Assembly: GCA_039583695.1 (NCBI GenBank)
Contig: JAVKSL010000005.1
Coordinates: forward strand, 12,648 to 76,647
Direction of reading: 5' to 3'
DNA: 64,000 nucleotides
Source: Acidimicrobiales bacterium
GTDB lineage: Bacteria; Actinomycetota; Acidimicrobiia; Acidimicrobiales; JAJPHD01
The notes beneath the pieces were generated by a model, which had not been told where the DNA came from, did not search any database, and worked only from the letters and a program-made list of their open reading frames with translations. Positions 1 to 8,232 of this stretch are shown piece by piece. Both the position numbers and the translations under genes were made by a program. Position 1 is the stretch's first letter. The number at the start of each line of letters is the position of its first letter.

Positions 1-1484
1 AGGTAATACGGGAGCCGTGCCCCCATCAAGCGTTGCCGTGCAAGCGCCAGGGCCACACGGGAGGTGTCGATGGTGATCCAACGCCGCCCCCACTGCTCGG
101 CGACGTATGCGGTGGTCCCCGATCCGCAGGTCGGGTCCAGCACCAGGTCCCCCGGGTCAGTGGTCAGGAGCATGCAGCGTTCGACGACCTTGGTATTGGT
201 CTGAACGACGTAGACCTTGTCATCCGTGAAGTTACCGGTCCCGGTGTCAGTCCAGAGATTGGTCCGGACCTGGTAGCCAAAGTCGTCGAGGTAGCGCACG
301 TATTGAATGCTGTTTCGGGCGACGTGGACACGCTCCGCCAAGGCAAGGCGGCTCATCCCGTCCGGGTAGTTCGCCTTCCAGTGCGATGCGCTCCCTGGCA
401 GGTAGGTCTTCCCCTGGTGTGCGAATGGCTGTGGCTGAGACGCCGGCCCCTGCGACTGAAGATCCCCAGGCTTATACAGGCGAACATCGGCAGGCAGTGG
501 CGCTTTGCCTCGATGCTCCGATGTGGTCATCCCCCGGTAGGTCCCGTCGGGGAACATGAGCCAGCGATAACCCTGGCGGTCAATAGCTTCGGACCACAGT
601 GGGCGAAACTTGAGACACGGCCGGGACTTGGCATACCAGACGAGGTAGTCGCCCGCCCTTGGCACCGAGCCTGCCTCGGTGAAGCCGCTGGTGGTGACGA
701 ATGAGATCAGGCTCACGAAGTTCTCGCTGCCGAAGACCTCGTCCAGGACACAGCGGACCAGATGGACGTTCTCGTCGCCGATCTGGACAAAGACGGAGCC
801 CGACTCGGTCAGCAGGTCGCGGGCTACCTGGAGGCGGTCGCGCAGGTAACTCAGGTATGAGCTGACCCCCAGTTCCCAGGTATCGCGAAAGGCCTTGATC
901 TGCTCGACCTCGCGGGTGGCATCCTCGAGCTTTCCGTCCGTCACGTTGCGCTTGCGTGCCGAGCTCTGCCAGTTGGAGCCGAACTTGATGCCATAAGGGG
1001 GGTCCATGTAGATCATCTGGACCTTTCCCCGTAGCGCCTCGCGCTCGCTCAGCGAGGCCATGACCTGGAGGGAGTCGCCCAGGATCATCCGGTTGGACCA
1101 GTTGGCGTCGTGGTGGTAGAAGTCGACCAAGTCCAGCTCCTCCAGGCCGTCGAAGCCGGCGAACAGGCTGATCTGGTCGCCGCCTGAGTCCGACCCGGTC
1201 CGCCGCAGGTCCTCGATCAGGACACGGGGATCGATCTTCTCCTGGATGTAGATCGGGGGCGCCTCCACCGTCAGGTCGACCCGGTCCTGGTCGTCCTTGC
1301 CCTTCCACACCAGCTGAGGGTCGAGTGTGTGGTCGCGGGGGTACACCAGCTTGACCGGAGCTTCGACCTCGGGGGTCACGAACTCGTAGGCATCCGCGGT
1401 GGGCAGGTTGGCCCGCTTGTCGGGGTGCACGATGGCCTCTACCGGCGTGGGGCCCTTGGGTGCCGTGCTCTTGCGGGGGGCCAT
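1..1484 (-). CDS. mod: Type III restriction-modification DNA methyltransferase (Mod, N6/N4 beta-class); 3' end runs off the window
   Basis: Open minus-strand frame from ATG at 1484 to the window edge. It is absent from the ORF track because there is no stop in the window. My translation reads MAPRKSTAPKG...GKVQMIYMDPPYGIKFGSNW (DPPY motif near nt 994-1005), then DLVLDPTCGSGTTAYVAEQWGRRWITID (AdoMet motif near nt 95-150). The start lies 7 nt after the res stop. Confidence 0.85.
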   Translation of the reverse strand, partial: MAPRKSTAPKGPTPVEAIVHPDKRANLPTADAYEFVTPEVEAPVKLVYPRDHTLDPQLVWKGKDDQDRVDLTVEAPPIYIQEKIDPRVLIEDLRRTGSDSGGDQISLFAGFDGLEELDLVDFYHHDANWSNRMILGDSLQVMASLSEREALRGKVQMIYMDPPYGIKFGSNWQSSARKRNVTDGKLEDATREVEQIKAFRDTWELGVSSYLSYLRDRLQVARDLLTESGSVFVQIGDENVHLVRCVLDEVFGSENFVSLISFVTTSGFTEAGSVPRAGDYLVWYAKSRPCLKFRPLWSEAIDRQGYRWLMFPDGTYRGMTTSEHRGKAPLPADVRLYKPGDLQSQGPASQPQPFAHQGKTYLPGSASHWKANYPDGMSRLALAERVHVARNSIQYVRYLDDFGYQVRTNLWTDTGTGNFTDDKVYVVQTNTKVVERCMLLTTDPGDLVLDPTCGSGTTAYVAEQWGRRWITIDTSRVALALARQRLMGARLPYY

Positions 1485-1491
1485 GGGGTGC

Positions 1492-4400
1492 TCAGTCTGC
1501 CAGGCCTGTGACCGGCCCGTCGGAGTACAGGCTGTCGATGGCCTCATCCAGCATCGAGGCAGCCGCGCTCATGTCAGTGACCTCGGCGAAGCCCCAGCGG
1601 CCGAAGCCCTCGTGGTTGTTGACCGCCCGGCACCACTGGTAACGAGCGGTGCTCGCCTTGGCCGCAGTGGGGCCGGGGGCCTTGCGGCCACCGGAGACCT
1701 CGATGATCAGCGTTCGCTCCACCTCGTCGCCGGCCTGGGCCGCCAGCCGGACGAGGAAGTCAGGGCGGTACTCGTGGGTACGCCCCGCGTGGATGTAGGG
1801 GATGTCGAAGCCAAGGTGGTCGTTCTTCACGTAAGCGGCCACCCTAAGGTCAGCTTCGAGCAGGCCGGCCATGCGCTCTTCCCAGGTGTTGCCCTTGACT
1901 CCGTCGAGGACCACCCGATTGACATGGGACTTGGTGGCCTCGATGACGACCTTGCGGGTGGCGAAGCACACGTCGTCGGTGGAGCCTTCGGGATCGAAGC
2001 GGCGAAGCATGGGCTGGAGACTCTCGATTCGGTTTCCCTGTTGCTTGACGATGGCCCCGAACACCTTTTCGGCCGCCTTGTTCGCTCCCTCGCTGAAAAG
2101 GAGCATCCCGACGGTGGTGCCCGGCTCGTAATCGACGCAGGTGCCGAGCCACTCCCGGGCGATGCCGACTAGCTGGGGGAACAGCCAGGGACACTGCGCT
2201 CGGTCGTGAACGGCAAACTGCCGCTGCACCAGGGTCTTGGCGATCTGGTAGGCCACCTCCTGCGGCCGGGCGTTGCGGAACTCACCCAGCTCCTGCTCCG
2301 CCCCTTCGCCGACGACCCCCTCAGTGCGGGTCCACAGAGCTACCAGGTCGTGATCGACCCTCAGGCGCGCCTCGGTGTCGAAGGTGACGAATAGCTCCTC
2401 GTCGGGCATCTCCACCCGGTAGCCATCCAGCTTGGGGAAGGCGATGCGGAACTCTTCTCGCTCGGGGAGGGCCTCCACCATCACCGCCGGCGGGCGCGGC
2501 GGCGGGGCCGCTATGGCCCGGTCGCTCGGGATGAAGGCGAACGGTACCCCGTAGACCTCTGCGTACTCCGGCTCGAAGCGGCCCTCCTCGTTCACCGCGT
2601 AGCTACGCCGGCGAAGCCCCCGCCCGATGACCTGCTCGCACAGCAACTGGCTGCCGAAGCGGCGGATGCCGAGGATGTGGGTCACAGTGTTGGCGTCCCA
2701 ACCCTCGGTGAGCATGGCCACCGACACCACCGCCCGGACCCGCTCGCCGAGGTGGTCCCGCTTGCCGACCGTGTTCATCACCTCCCGGAGCAGGTCCTCG
2801 TCGGTGAGCCGCTCCACGTCGGCTCCGGGGTTGCGCCGGCGCATCTCGGACTTGAAGGCGTCGATCTCGCGGGCCGCGGCGCGCTTGAAGTCAGCGCTCA
2901 TGGCCTCGCCCGATTCCAGCTGGGCCGAGTCGATCAGCATGGTGCGCTGGTGGGTGACCCACGAGCCGCCCTCCACATTGGATAGCAGGCGCAGCGCTCC
3001 CGGTCGCAGCACCGTGGCGCCGTCGGAGCCCTCGACCTCGCCACCCGCGATCCAATCATAGACCAGCTTGGAGACCACCGTGTTGGGACACACGACGATG
3101 AAGACCGGGGGTGGCTCGCCCAGGCCGGCAAGCTCGGCCTCATAGCGGGCGTAGGCGGCCTCATAGCTGCGGTACAGGCTGTGCAGAGCCCCCTCCAGCG
3201 CCACCGGGGGCACCCAGTGGGTTCCCGGCTCGGCCCGCTTGGAGGCTCGCTTGGGCAGCTGGCCCCCAATCTGGTCCCACAGGTGCAGGTAGACGACCGC
3301 CTTGTCCCCGGCGTCGTCGTCTACGGGGATGCGGGGAAGCTTCACGATCCCCGACTCGATGGCGTCGATGAGCGAGAAGTCACTCACCACCCAGGGGAAG
3401 ATGTACCCCTCGTTATAGCCCGAGCCCGACAGGTAGAACGGCGTGGCGGACAGGTCATAGACCGCCTTGATCCCGACCCGGCTCTTGACCGCCCGCAGGC
3501 CGTTGAACCAAACCCTGGCACCCCGGTTGCGCTCCCGGGCTTCGGGGTCCGGCTCGTCAGCCTCCTCCAAGGGGCGGTCCTGGTAACAGTGGTGCGCCTC
3601 GTCGTTGAACACCACCACGTCGCCTTTGGGTCCCAAGCCGACGTCTCGCAGCACCCTGGCGACCATCTCGGGTGTGGTCTCGACAAACGGGTCAGCTGCC
3701 TTGCCGGCAGTGAGCAGTTTGCGGGTGTTGGAGGCTACCCCCTTGAGCTCCTTGGCGTCTTTGAGCAAGAAGGCGTGGTAGTTGGTGATCGCCACCTGCG
3801 CCTGGCGAAGCCCCCCCCAGAACTCGGCAGGCACCAGATCGCGCATCTGGTAGTAGTTGCCCTCGTCCTCGGGGTGTAGCACCCGCAGGCGGTCCCTGAT
3901 GGTGATTCCGGGGGTGACCACCAAGAAGCGTTTGGCGAAGCGAGCGTCGCTCGGGGTGGCCACCTTGTTGAGGGTCTGCCAGGCGATGAGCATGGCCATC
4001 ACCACGGTCTTGCCCGCCCCGGTGGCCATCTTGATACCCACCCGGGGCAGCCCGCCGTTGTGAAGGGCATTCTGAGGGGCCAGGCGGTCCCGAAGGTCTG
4101 GGTAGCCGTGGCGGCCAGCCACCTCGGCCAGGAAGATCGCCGTCTCTGCCGCCTCGCGCTGGCAGAACAGGACGGGGTCGTCCCGCTTGGGAGGTCGGGC
4201 CGCCCAGTACTGCAACAGCTTGCGGGTGACTGGCGTCACCCACGGGTAACCCCGGCCTCGCCACAGGTCCACCTGGTGGCGAACCGAGTTGACTAGGTCG
4301 TTCTTTACCCGACGCTCGCCGGTGGCATCGAAGTCCAGCGTCTGTTGGGTCCCAGAGCCGTGGCCCTTCTTGGTGAGCGGCACCGGGATGAACGATTCGC

Positions 4401-4518
4401 TGGGGCGCCGCCCGGCAACCAGCTCCCCCGTGGGTCCCTTCGGCCCGATCTCGAAGTGGTGCTCAGGAGGGTCGTATGGCGAGTTGATGATCGGATTGTC
4501 GATCGCTCCAGTTGTCAC
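1492..4518 (-). CDS. res: Type III restriction enzyme Res subunit (SF2 helicase plus C-terminal PD-(D/E)xK nuclease)
   Basis: 1008-aa ORF. N-terminus DNPIINSPYDPPEHHF, Walker A GIKMATGAGKT, DEAH-like FNDEAHH, C-terminal YRPDFLV...LIIEVSGGRK. GTG start with GAGG about 5 nt upstream. Confidence 0.9.
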   Translation of the reverse strand: MTTGAIDNPIINSPYDPPEHHFEIGPKGPTGELVAGRRPSESFIPVPLTKKGHGSGTQQTLDFDATGERRVKNDLVNSVRHQVDLWRGRGYPWVTPVTRKLLQYWAARPPKRDDPVLFCQREAAETAIFLAEVAGRHGYPDLRDRLAPQNALHNGGLPRVGIKMATGAGKTVVMAMLIAWQTLNKVATPSDARFAKRFLVVTPGITIRDRLRVLHPEDEGNYYQMRDLVPAEFWGGLRQAQVAITNYHAFLLKDAKELKGVASNTRKLLTAGKAADPFVETTPEMVARVLRDVGLGPKGDVVVFNDEAHHCYQDRPLEEADEPDPEARERNRGARVWFNGLRAVKSRVGIKAVYDLSATPFYLSGSGYNEGYIFPWVVSDFSLIDAIESGIVKLPRIPVDDDAGDKAVVYLHLWDQIGGQLPKRASKRAEPGTHWVPPVALEGALHSLYRSYEAAYARYEAELAGLGEPPPVFIVVCPNTVVSKLVYDWIAGGEVEGSDGATVLRPGALRLLSNVEGGSWVTHQRTMLIDSAQLESGEAMSADFKRAAAREIDAFKSEMRRRNPGADVERLTDEDLLREVMNTVGKRDHLGERVRAVVSVAMLTEGWDANTVTHILGIRRFGSQLLCEQVIGRGLRRRSYAVNEEGRFEPEYAEVYGVPFAFIPSDRAIAAPPPRPPAVMVEALPEREEFRIAFPKLDGYRVEMPDEELFVTFDTEARLRVDHDLVALWTRTEGVVGEGAEQELGEFRNARPQEVAYQIAKTLVQRQFAVHDRAQCPWLFPQLVGIAREWLGTCVDYEPGTTVGMLLFSEGANKAAEKVFGAIVKQQGNRIESLQPMLRRFDPEGSTDDVCFATRKVVIEATKSHVNRVVLDGVKGNTWEERMAGLLEADLRVAAYVKNDHLGFDIPYIHAGRTHEYRPDFLVRLAAQAGDEVERTLIIEVSGGRKAPGPTAAKASTARYQWCRAVNNHEGFGRWGFAEVTDMSAAASMLDEAIDSLYSDGPVTGLAD

Positions 4519-4541
4519 GACGCCTCGGCCAGCAAGATGTC

Positions 4542-5399
4542 TCAGCTCGCGGGAGGGGACCAGGGACCAGCAGTCTTGGATGCCCTGGTGCCCTCATAAA
4601 TGCGCTGCTGTCGCACGAAGTACTTCATCCAGAGCCGCCAGATCAGGCGCCACTGCTCTCCAGCCGGGTCGGCTACCAGCACAGGGAGCCCAGCTCTCTT
4701 GGCGTCCTCCGGCCCGAACACGGCGCCATGGCTGAGTGAAGCATCGATGAGGGGCCTCTTGAGCGTGTCGAATAACGCTTCAACCTCATCGGCCGAGCGT
4801 CCGGCCACGCTTCCTAGGGCCTCCTTGACGAGATCACCGGACCGGCCAAGAGCCGACCGTGCCTGTTGAACCTGGAGAGCGTTTACGTTGGCGAGGAGCG
4901 ACGCATGGACCGGGAAAGTCGCCGGCTTCTCCTGGACGGCTTCTTCTGCCGCCGCCACGGCAGCAATCACATCCTTGGCCGGGACCAGGTTGTTCGCGTT
5001 CGCGTCGAGGACGAGCTGTGGGTCCACAGGTCCGAGGTCGCTGGTTGGGCCCATCAAGATGCGGTGTGCGCCGAGGGCGAAGATGGTCCCTGCGCTCTTT
5101 GCTCGGTCAGGCACCACCACAACGAGTTCCCGACAGCGTGCCTGTACAGAGCGGACCATTCGCAAGGCGGCCTCTCCATCACCGCCAGGAGTGGCAAGCA
5201 TGACGTGCATGTCCACGGAGGGGTCTGCATCGTAGAGGAGGTCCTCCAAGAAGTTGACCGAGTAGTCGAGTAGCGCATCGAACACGACAATGAGTCGGCA
5301 GTCAAAGGACGCCTCGTACTGCGCTATCAGTGCCTGGCGAGCGTACCGCTCGGCGTGCTCGGCGTGGAAGAGCGGAGACTGCGTGGGCTCATCGTTCAT
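4542..5399 (-). CDS. SDH-family (serine dehydrogenase proteinase) ClpP/crotonase-fold serine protease
   Basis: 285 aa. ATPGGDGEAALRMV ... VVVPDRAKSAGTIFALGAHRILMGPTSDLGPVDPQ matches the SDH_sah/ClpP-fold signature. Its stop lies 23 nt upstream of the res start on the same strand. Confidence 0.75.
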   Translation of the reverse strand: MNDEPTQSPLFHAEHAERYARQALIAQYEASFDCRLIVVFDALLDYSVNFLEDLLYDADPSVDMHVMLATPGGDGEAALRMVRSVQARCRELVVVVPDRAKSAGTIFALGAHRILMGPTSDLGPVDPQLVLDANANNLVPAKDVIAAVAAAEEAVQEKPATFPVHASLLANVNALQVQQARSALGRSGDLVKEALGSVAGRSADEVEALFDTLKRPLIDASLSHGAVFGPEDAKRAGLPVLVADPAGEQWRLIWRLWMKYFVRQQRIYEGTRASKTAGPWSPPAS

Positions 5400-5578
5400 C
5401 CTCGGTGAAGGAGGAAAGGCCAGCTCTGAGGGGAGGTGGCGGTCTTGCCTTTCCAGCGCTCCGCAGCTACGAGGCGCGCCTGGATCGCGAGGTCAACCTT
5501 CTCGGCCCAGTCAGGGTCCGCGCCCACCGGCGGCTGGATCGCGGGTTCGAGAGCCTGCGCCCCTTCCAACTCCGACAT
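5396..5578 (-). CDS. Small hypothetical protein (60 aa) translationally coupled to the SDH protease
   Basis: AGGAGGAG Shine-Dalgarno a few nt before the ATG. Its stop overlaps the protease start in an ATGA arrangement. No recognisable domain. Confidence 0.55.
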   Translation of the reverse strand: MSELEGAQALEPAIQPPVGADPDWAEKVDLAIQARLVAAERWKGKTATSPQSWPFLLHRG

Positions 5579-5784
5579 ATCTCCTCCTGATGGACGTGGT
5601 GGCTACCAACCAACGTTAGCTCCTCGCAACCAGCGGGAACACGTCCGGCAACGGTGATGGCAGAGAGCGGGCTGGCGACGTACGTTGTGGCGGCCGAGGA
5701 CGGCCGCTTGCGGCCGCCCGCAGGCCGCCCTTGATGTAGTAGGGAAGATACTCACAACTGGGTCGGGGGGCGTAACCTGGTGTC

Positions 5785-6333
5785 GTGGGGCTGATCGAGT
5801 GGGCGCAGGCGACGGCAGGGGAGCACTTGGCTCCGCTGGGGCGCCGATGGGTGCACTCCGAGGGGGTGGCTGGTCGGGCTGAGCGGCTCCTGGCGTTGGT
5901 TGGCGGGGACGACCGGGACGCGTTGGTAGCCGCCGCGTACCTGCATGATGTGGGGTACGCGCCGGAGCTGGTTGCCACCGGCTTCCATCCGATCGACGGC
6001 GCCCGACATCTGCGCATGCTAGGTCACGAGCGGCTTGCATCCCTGGTCGCCTACCACGGAGCGGCGCTGGAGGAGGCTGAGCTGCGGGATTTGGCCCCTG
6101 AGCTTGCTGAGTTTCCCGAGGAGCACAGCTTGGTGGCGGACATCCTCACCTACTGCGATCTCGCGACGAGCCCGGACGGCACGCGGGTTACGCCTGCCGA
6201 GCGCTTGGACGAGGTCGTACGACGCTATGGACCCGATGACGTGGTGGCTCGTGCGGTGTCGGAGGCGCACGACAGGCTCATGCGCACTGTCGAGCGGGTG
6301 GAGGCGCGGCTGCTCCAGATTGACGTGGACTGA
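5785..6333 (+). CDS. HD-domain metal-dependent phosphohydrolase
   Basis: 182 aa. AAAYLHDVGY (HD motif) and downstream His/Asp residues. GTG start. Confidence 0.75.
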   Translation: MGLIEWAQATAGEHLAPLGRRWVHSEGVAGRAERLLALVGGDDRDALVAAAYLHDVGYAPELVATGFHPIDGARHLRMLGHERLASLVAYHGAALEEAELRDLAPELAEFPEEHSLVADILTYCDLATSPDGTRVTPAERLDEVVRRYGPDDVVARAVSEAHDRLMRTVERVEARLLQIDVD

Positions 6334-6336
6334 TGC

Positions 6337-6810
6337 CTAAGCGATGACGGCCTTGGCGTCAAACCGTAGGTAGTCGCGGATGCGCATCCGGATGGACTCG
6401 TGCATCGGCAGCTCGTCCAGCTGGTCGGGAGCGAAGAACGCAACCTCCGACGACTCCTGCCCAGTGGTGGCCGCGCCGCCGCCGAGGCGACAGGCGAAGC
6501 ACACCGAGAACTGCTGGCGGACTTCGCCGTCGGCGTACTCGACCACGTGGTGTGGGTTCGAGTAGACGCCCACGATCCGCTCAGGGTTCACGTCGAAGCC
6601 AGTCTCCTCCTTTACCTCCCGTACCACCGTCTCGGCGATGCTCTCTCCCGGCTCCATAGCCCCGCCGGGGATTGACCACAGGGAATTGTCAGTGCGGTGA
6701 TGCAACAGGATGCGCCCATCGCCGGCGATGACGATGGCCGACGCGGCCGGCACCAGGTTGTTCGCCACCGGTGCGTCGGGCTCGTTGAAGTGCTCGATGC
6801 GACCGCTCAT
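6337..6810 (-). CDS. NUDIX hydrolase (Pif-like position within the AICE)
   Basis: Nudix box GGAMEPGESIAETVVREVKEETG. I prefer the ATG at 6810, which overlaps the XRE gene stop as ATGA, over the track start at 6840. Confidence 0.85.
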   Translation of the reverse strand: MSGRIEHFNEPDAPVANNLVPAASAIVIAGDGRILLHHRTDNSLWSIPGGAMEPGESIAETVVREVKEETGFDVNPERIVGVYSNPHHVVEYADGEVRQQFSVCFACRLGGGAATTGQESSEVAFFAPDQLDELPMHESIRMRIRDYLRFDAKAVIA

Positions 6811-7568
6811 GGCTGTGCGATCGGCGTCGTGGTGGCCCATACGCGCTCGAAGTGGCCCACCAGATTGTCGAACAGGCCACCATCGTAGGCACGGCGGAGG
6901 TGGAGGAGCGGCGCCTGGAAGCCCGGCATAGCGAAGAGGTGCGGGGTGACGAACATTGCATTGTCGACTCGGAAGATCGAGTTGTACATGGGCGTGGCGT
7001 GGTAACGCACTTCGATGCCCGGACGGTCGGCTAGTGACCTCATGTGAACCAGGGTCGTACGGATGCGATGGGGCATCGTGCCGCCAAGACCCTCTTCGCC
7101 GTCTCTGGCAGCCACGACCGCCGAGTCAGGATCGGCCAGCGCGATGCGGACCCCGCAAGACCGGCGGGCCTTCTCGATGAGCAGGTCGCACAGACCCACG
7201 TGGTCCTCCGGAAGGAATTGCATCGCGTAGCCGAGCAAGTCGATCCGAGCCCTACCTGCCGACAACAGGTCCCACCACGCCAGCCGCGGTGCTTCGGCCC
7301 GGTGCGCCCAGGCAGCGACGATCTCGTCCCGAGCGCCGGACAAGCAGGCACCGTTTGACTCCGGGTCGACTCGAGGCACGTCCCAGAGGTCTGGCACCTC
7401 CTTGCCTAGGCACTCTGCGGCCAGGCGCTGGTGGCGGGGATGAGGCTTCACGCCCTCGGCCAGCCATCGCTGAGCGGACTTTGGGTCCACTCCCACCGAT
7501 TCAGCCAGGGCCTCCGCTGTCATGCCGGCATTGCGGAGGGCTTCTCGGAGGCGGTCGTTGCCAGCCAC
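6807..7568 (-). CDS. XRE-family HTH regulator with a large C-terminal domain (DUF5919-like)
   Basis: 253 aa. N-terminal LREALRNAGMTAEALAESVGVDPKSAQRWL helix-turn-helix. Divergent from the AICE transfer genes. Confidence 0.75.
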   Translation of the reverse strand: MAGNDRLREALRNAGMTAEALAESVGVDPKSAQRWLAEGVKPHPRHQRLAAECLGKEVPDLWDVPRVDPESNGACLSGARDEIVAAWAHRAEAPRLAWWDLLSAGRARIDLLGYAMQFLPEDHVGLCDLLIEKARRSCGVRIALADPDSAVVAARDGEEGLGGTMPHRIRTTLVHMRSLADRPGIEVRYHATPMYNSIFRVDNAMFVTPHLFAMPGFQAPLLHLRRAYDGGLFDNLVGHFERVWATTTPIAQP

Positions 7569-7627
7569 ATTCCCATCTTGTCACTTCAACGCCGGACGCG
7601 CACGACATCGCTCAGGCGACGTTTCCG

Positions 7628-7643
7628 GACGTTCAGGAACGTC
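7628..7643. promoter_or_regulatory. Perfect 7-2-7 palindrome GACGTTC-AG-GAACGTC in the divergent XRE/transfer-gene intergenic region (candidate operator)
   Basis: Read directly from the sequence. Preceded by a GACGTT half-site repeat at 7618-7623. Confidence 0.35.
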
Positions 7644-7745
7644 TCCAGACATCCCACGAACGGGGTTCTCCTGTCTCCCTCATGTGGCGCACGCTGGGTG
7701 TATCCAAACACAAAAGCCCCAGAGGGGGCGGAAGGAGCAACGACA

Positions 7746-8084
7746 ATGAAGCTGCCCATCGACACAACAGGGATGACCTTCCTTGCCGCCGGAACACCTG
7801 AGCCGGTGCTGGATTTCGAGACGAAGCAGCCCAAGGCCGACGAGAACGGTGAGCCCATCTTTGCCGTGCAGGTCGTCGTGCTGGCCGAAGGTGGCGCCGA
7901 TGTGATCGGCGTCAAGGTTGCCGGCCAACCGAAGGGGGTCGGTCAGGGAACCAGCGTCCGTCTTACGGGACTGGTGGCGTCACCGTGGGCGATGAACGAC
8001 CGTAGCGGGGTCGCCTTCCGGGCTTCGCGCATCGAAGCGACCACCAACGGCACCGGAACCGGCGCCGGCCGGGTCACGGCGTAG
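7746..8084 (+). CDS. Conserved AICE hypothetical protein (112 aa)
   Basis: ATG at 7746 preceded by GGAAGGAG. MKLPIDTTGMTFLAAGTPEPVLDFETKQPKADENGEPIF. The upstream part of the track ORF (7431-) looks non-coding. Confidence 0.6.
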   Translation: MKLPIDTTGMTFLAAGTPEPVLDFETKQPKADENGEPIFAVQVVVLAEGGADVIGVKVAGQPKGVGQGTSVRLTGLVASPWAMNDRSGVAFRASRIEATTNGTGTGAGRVTA

Positions 8085-8097
8085 GGGGCGGGTCCCG

Positions 8098-8232
8098 ATG
8101 AAGCTCAAGGTCCTCCTTGTCCTGATCGTCCTGGTGGCCCTCTTCCCGATGGTGTTCATCGACGCCGCCCAGGGGGCGCTGCACGCCGTCCTGGTCACGT
8201 TCAATCAGCTGCTCGGGTCCTCCCATGGGTGA
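8098..8232 (+). CDS. Small hydrophobic membrane peptide (44 aa), not in the ORF track
   Basis: My translation is MKLKVLLVLIVLVALFPMVFIDAAQGALHAVLVTFNQLLGSSHG. It starts 14 nt after the previous stop, and its stop overlaps the tra start (ATGGGTGA). Confidence 0.45.
   Translation: MKLKVLLVLIVLVALFPMVFIDAAQGALHAVLVTFNQLLGSSHG

Noticed and set aside
33-1308. Track ORFs 33-704 (+, 223 aa) and 580-1308 (-, 242 aa)
   Set aside because: Both are Arg/Pro/Gly-rich with no motifs. They lie antisense or out of frame to the clearly coding Mod frame (DPPY and TCGSGTT motifs) that runs from 1484 to the window edge.
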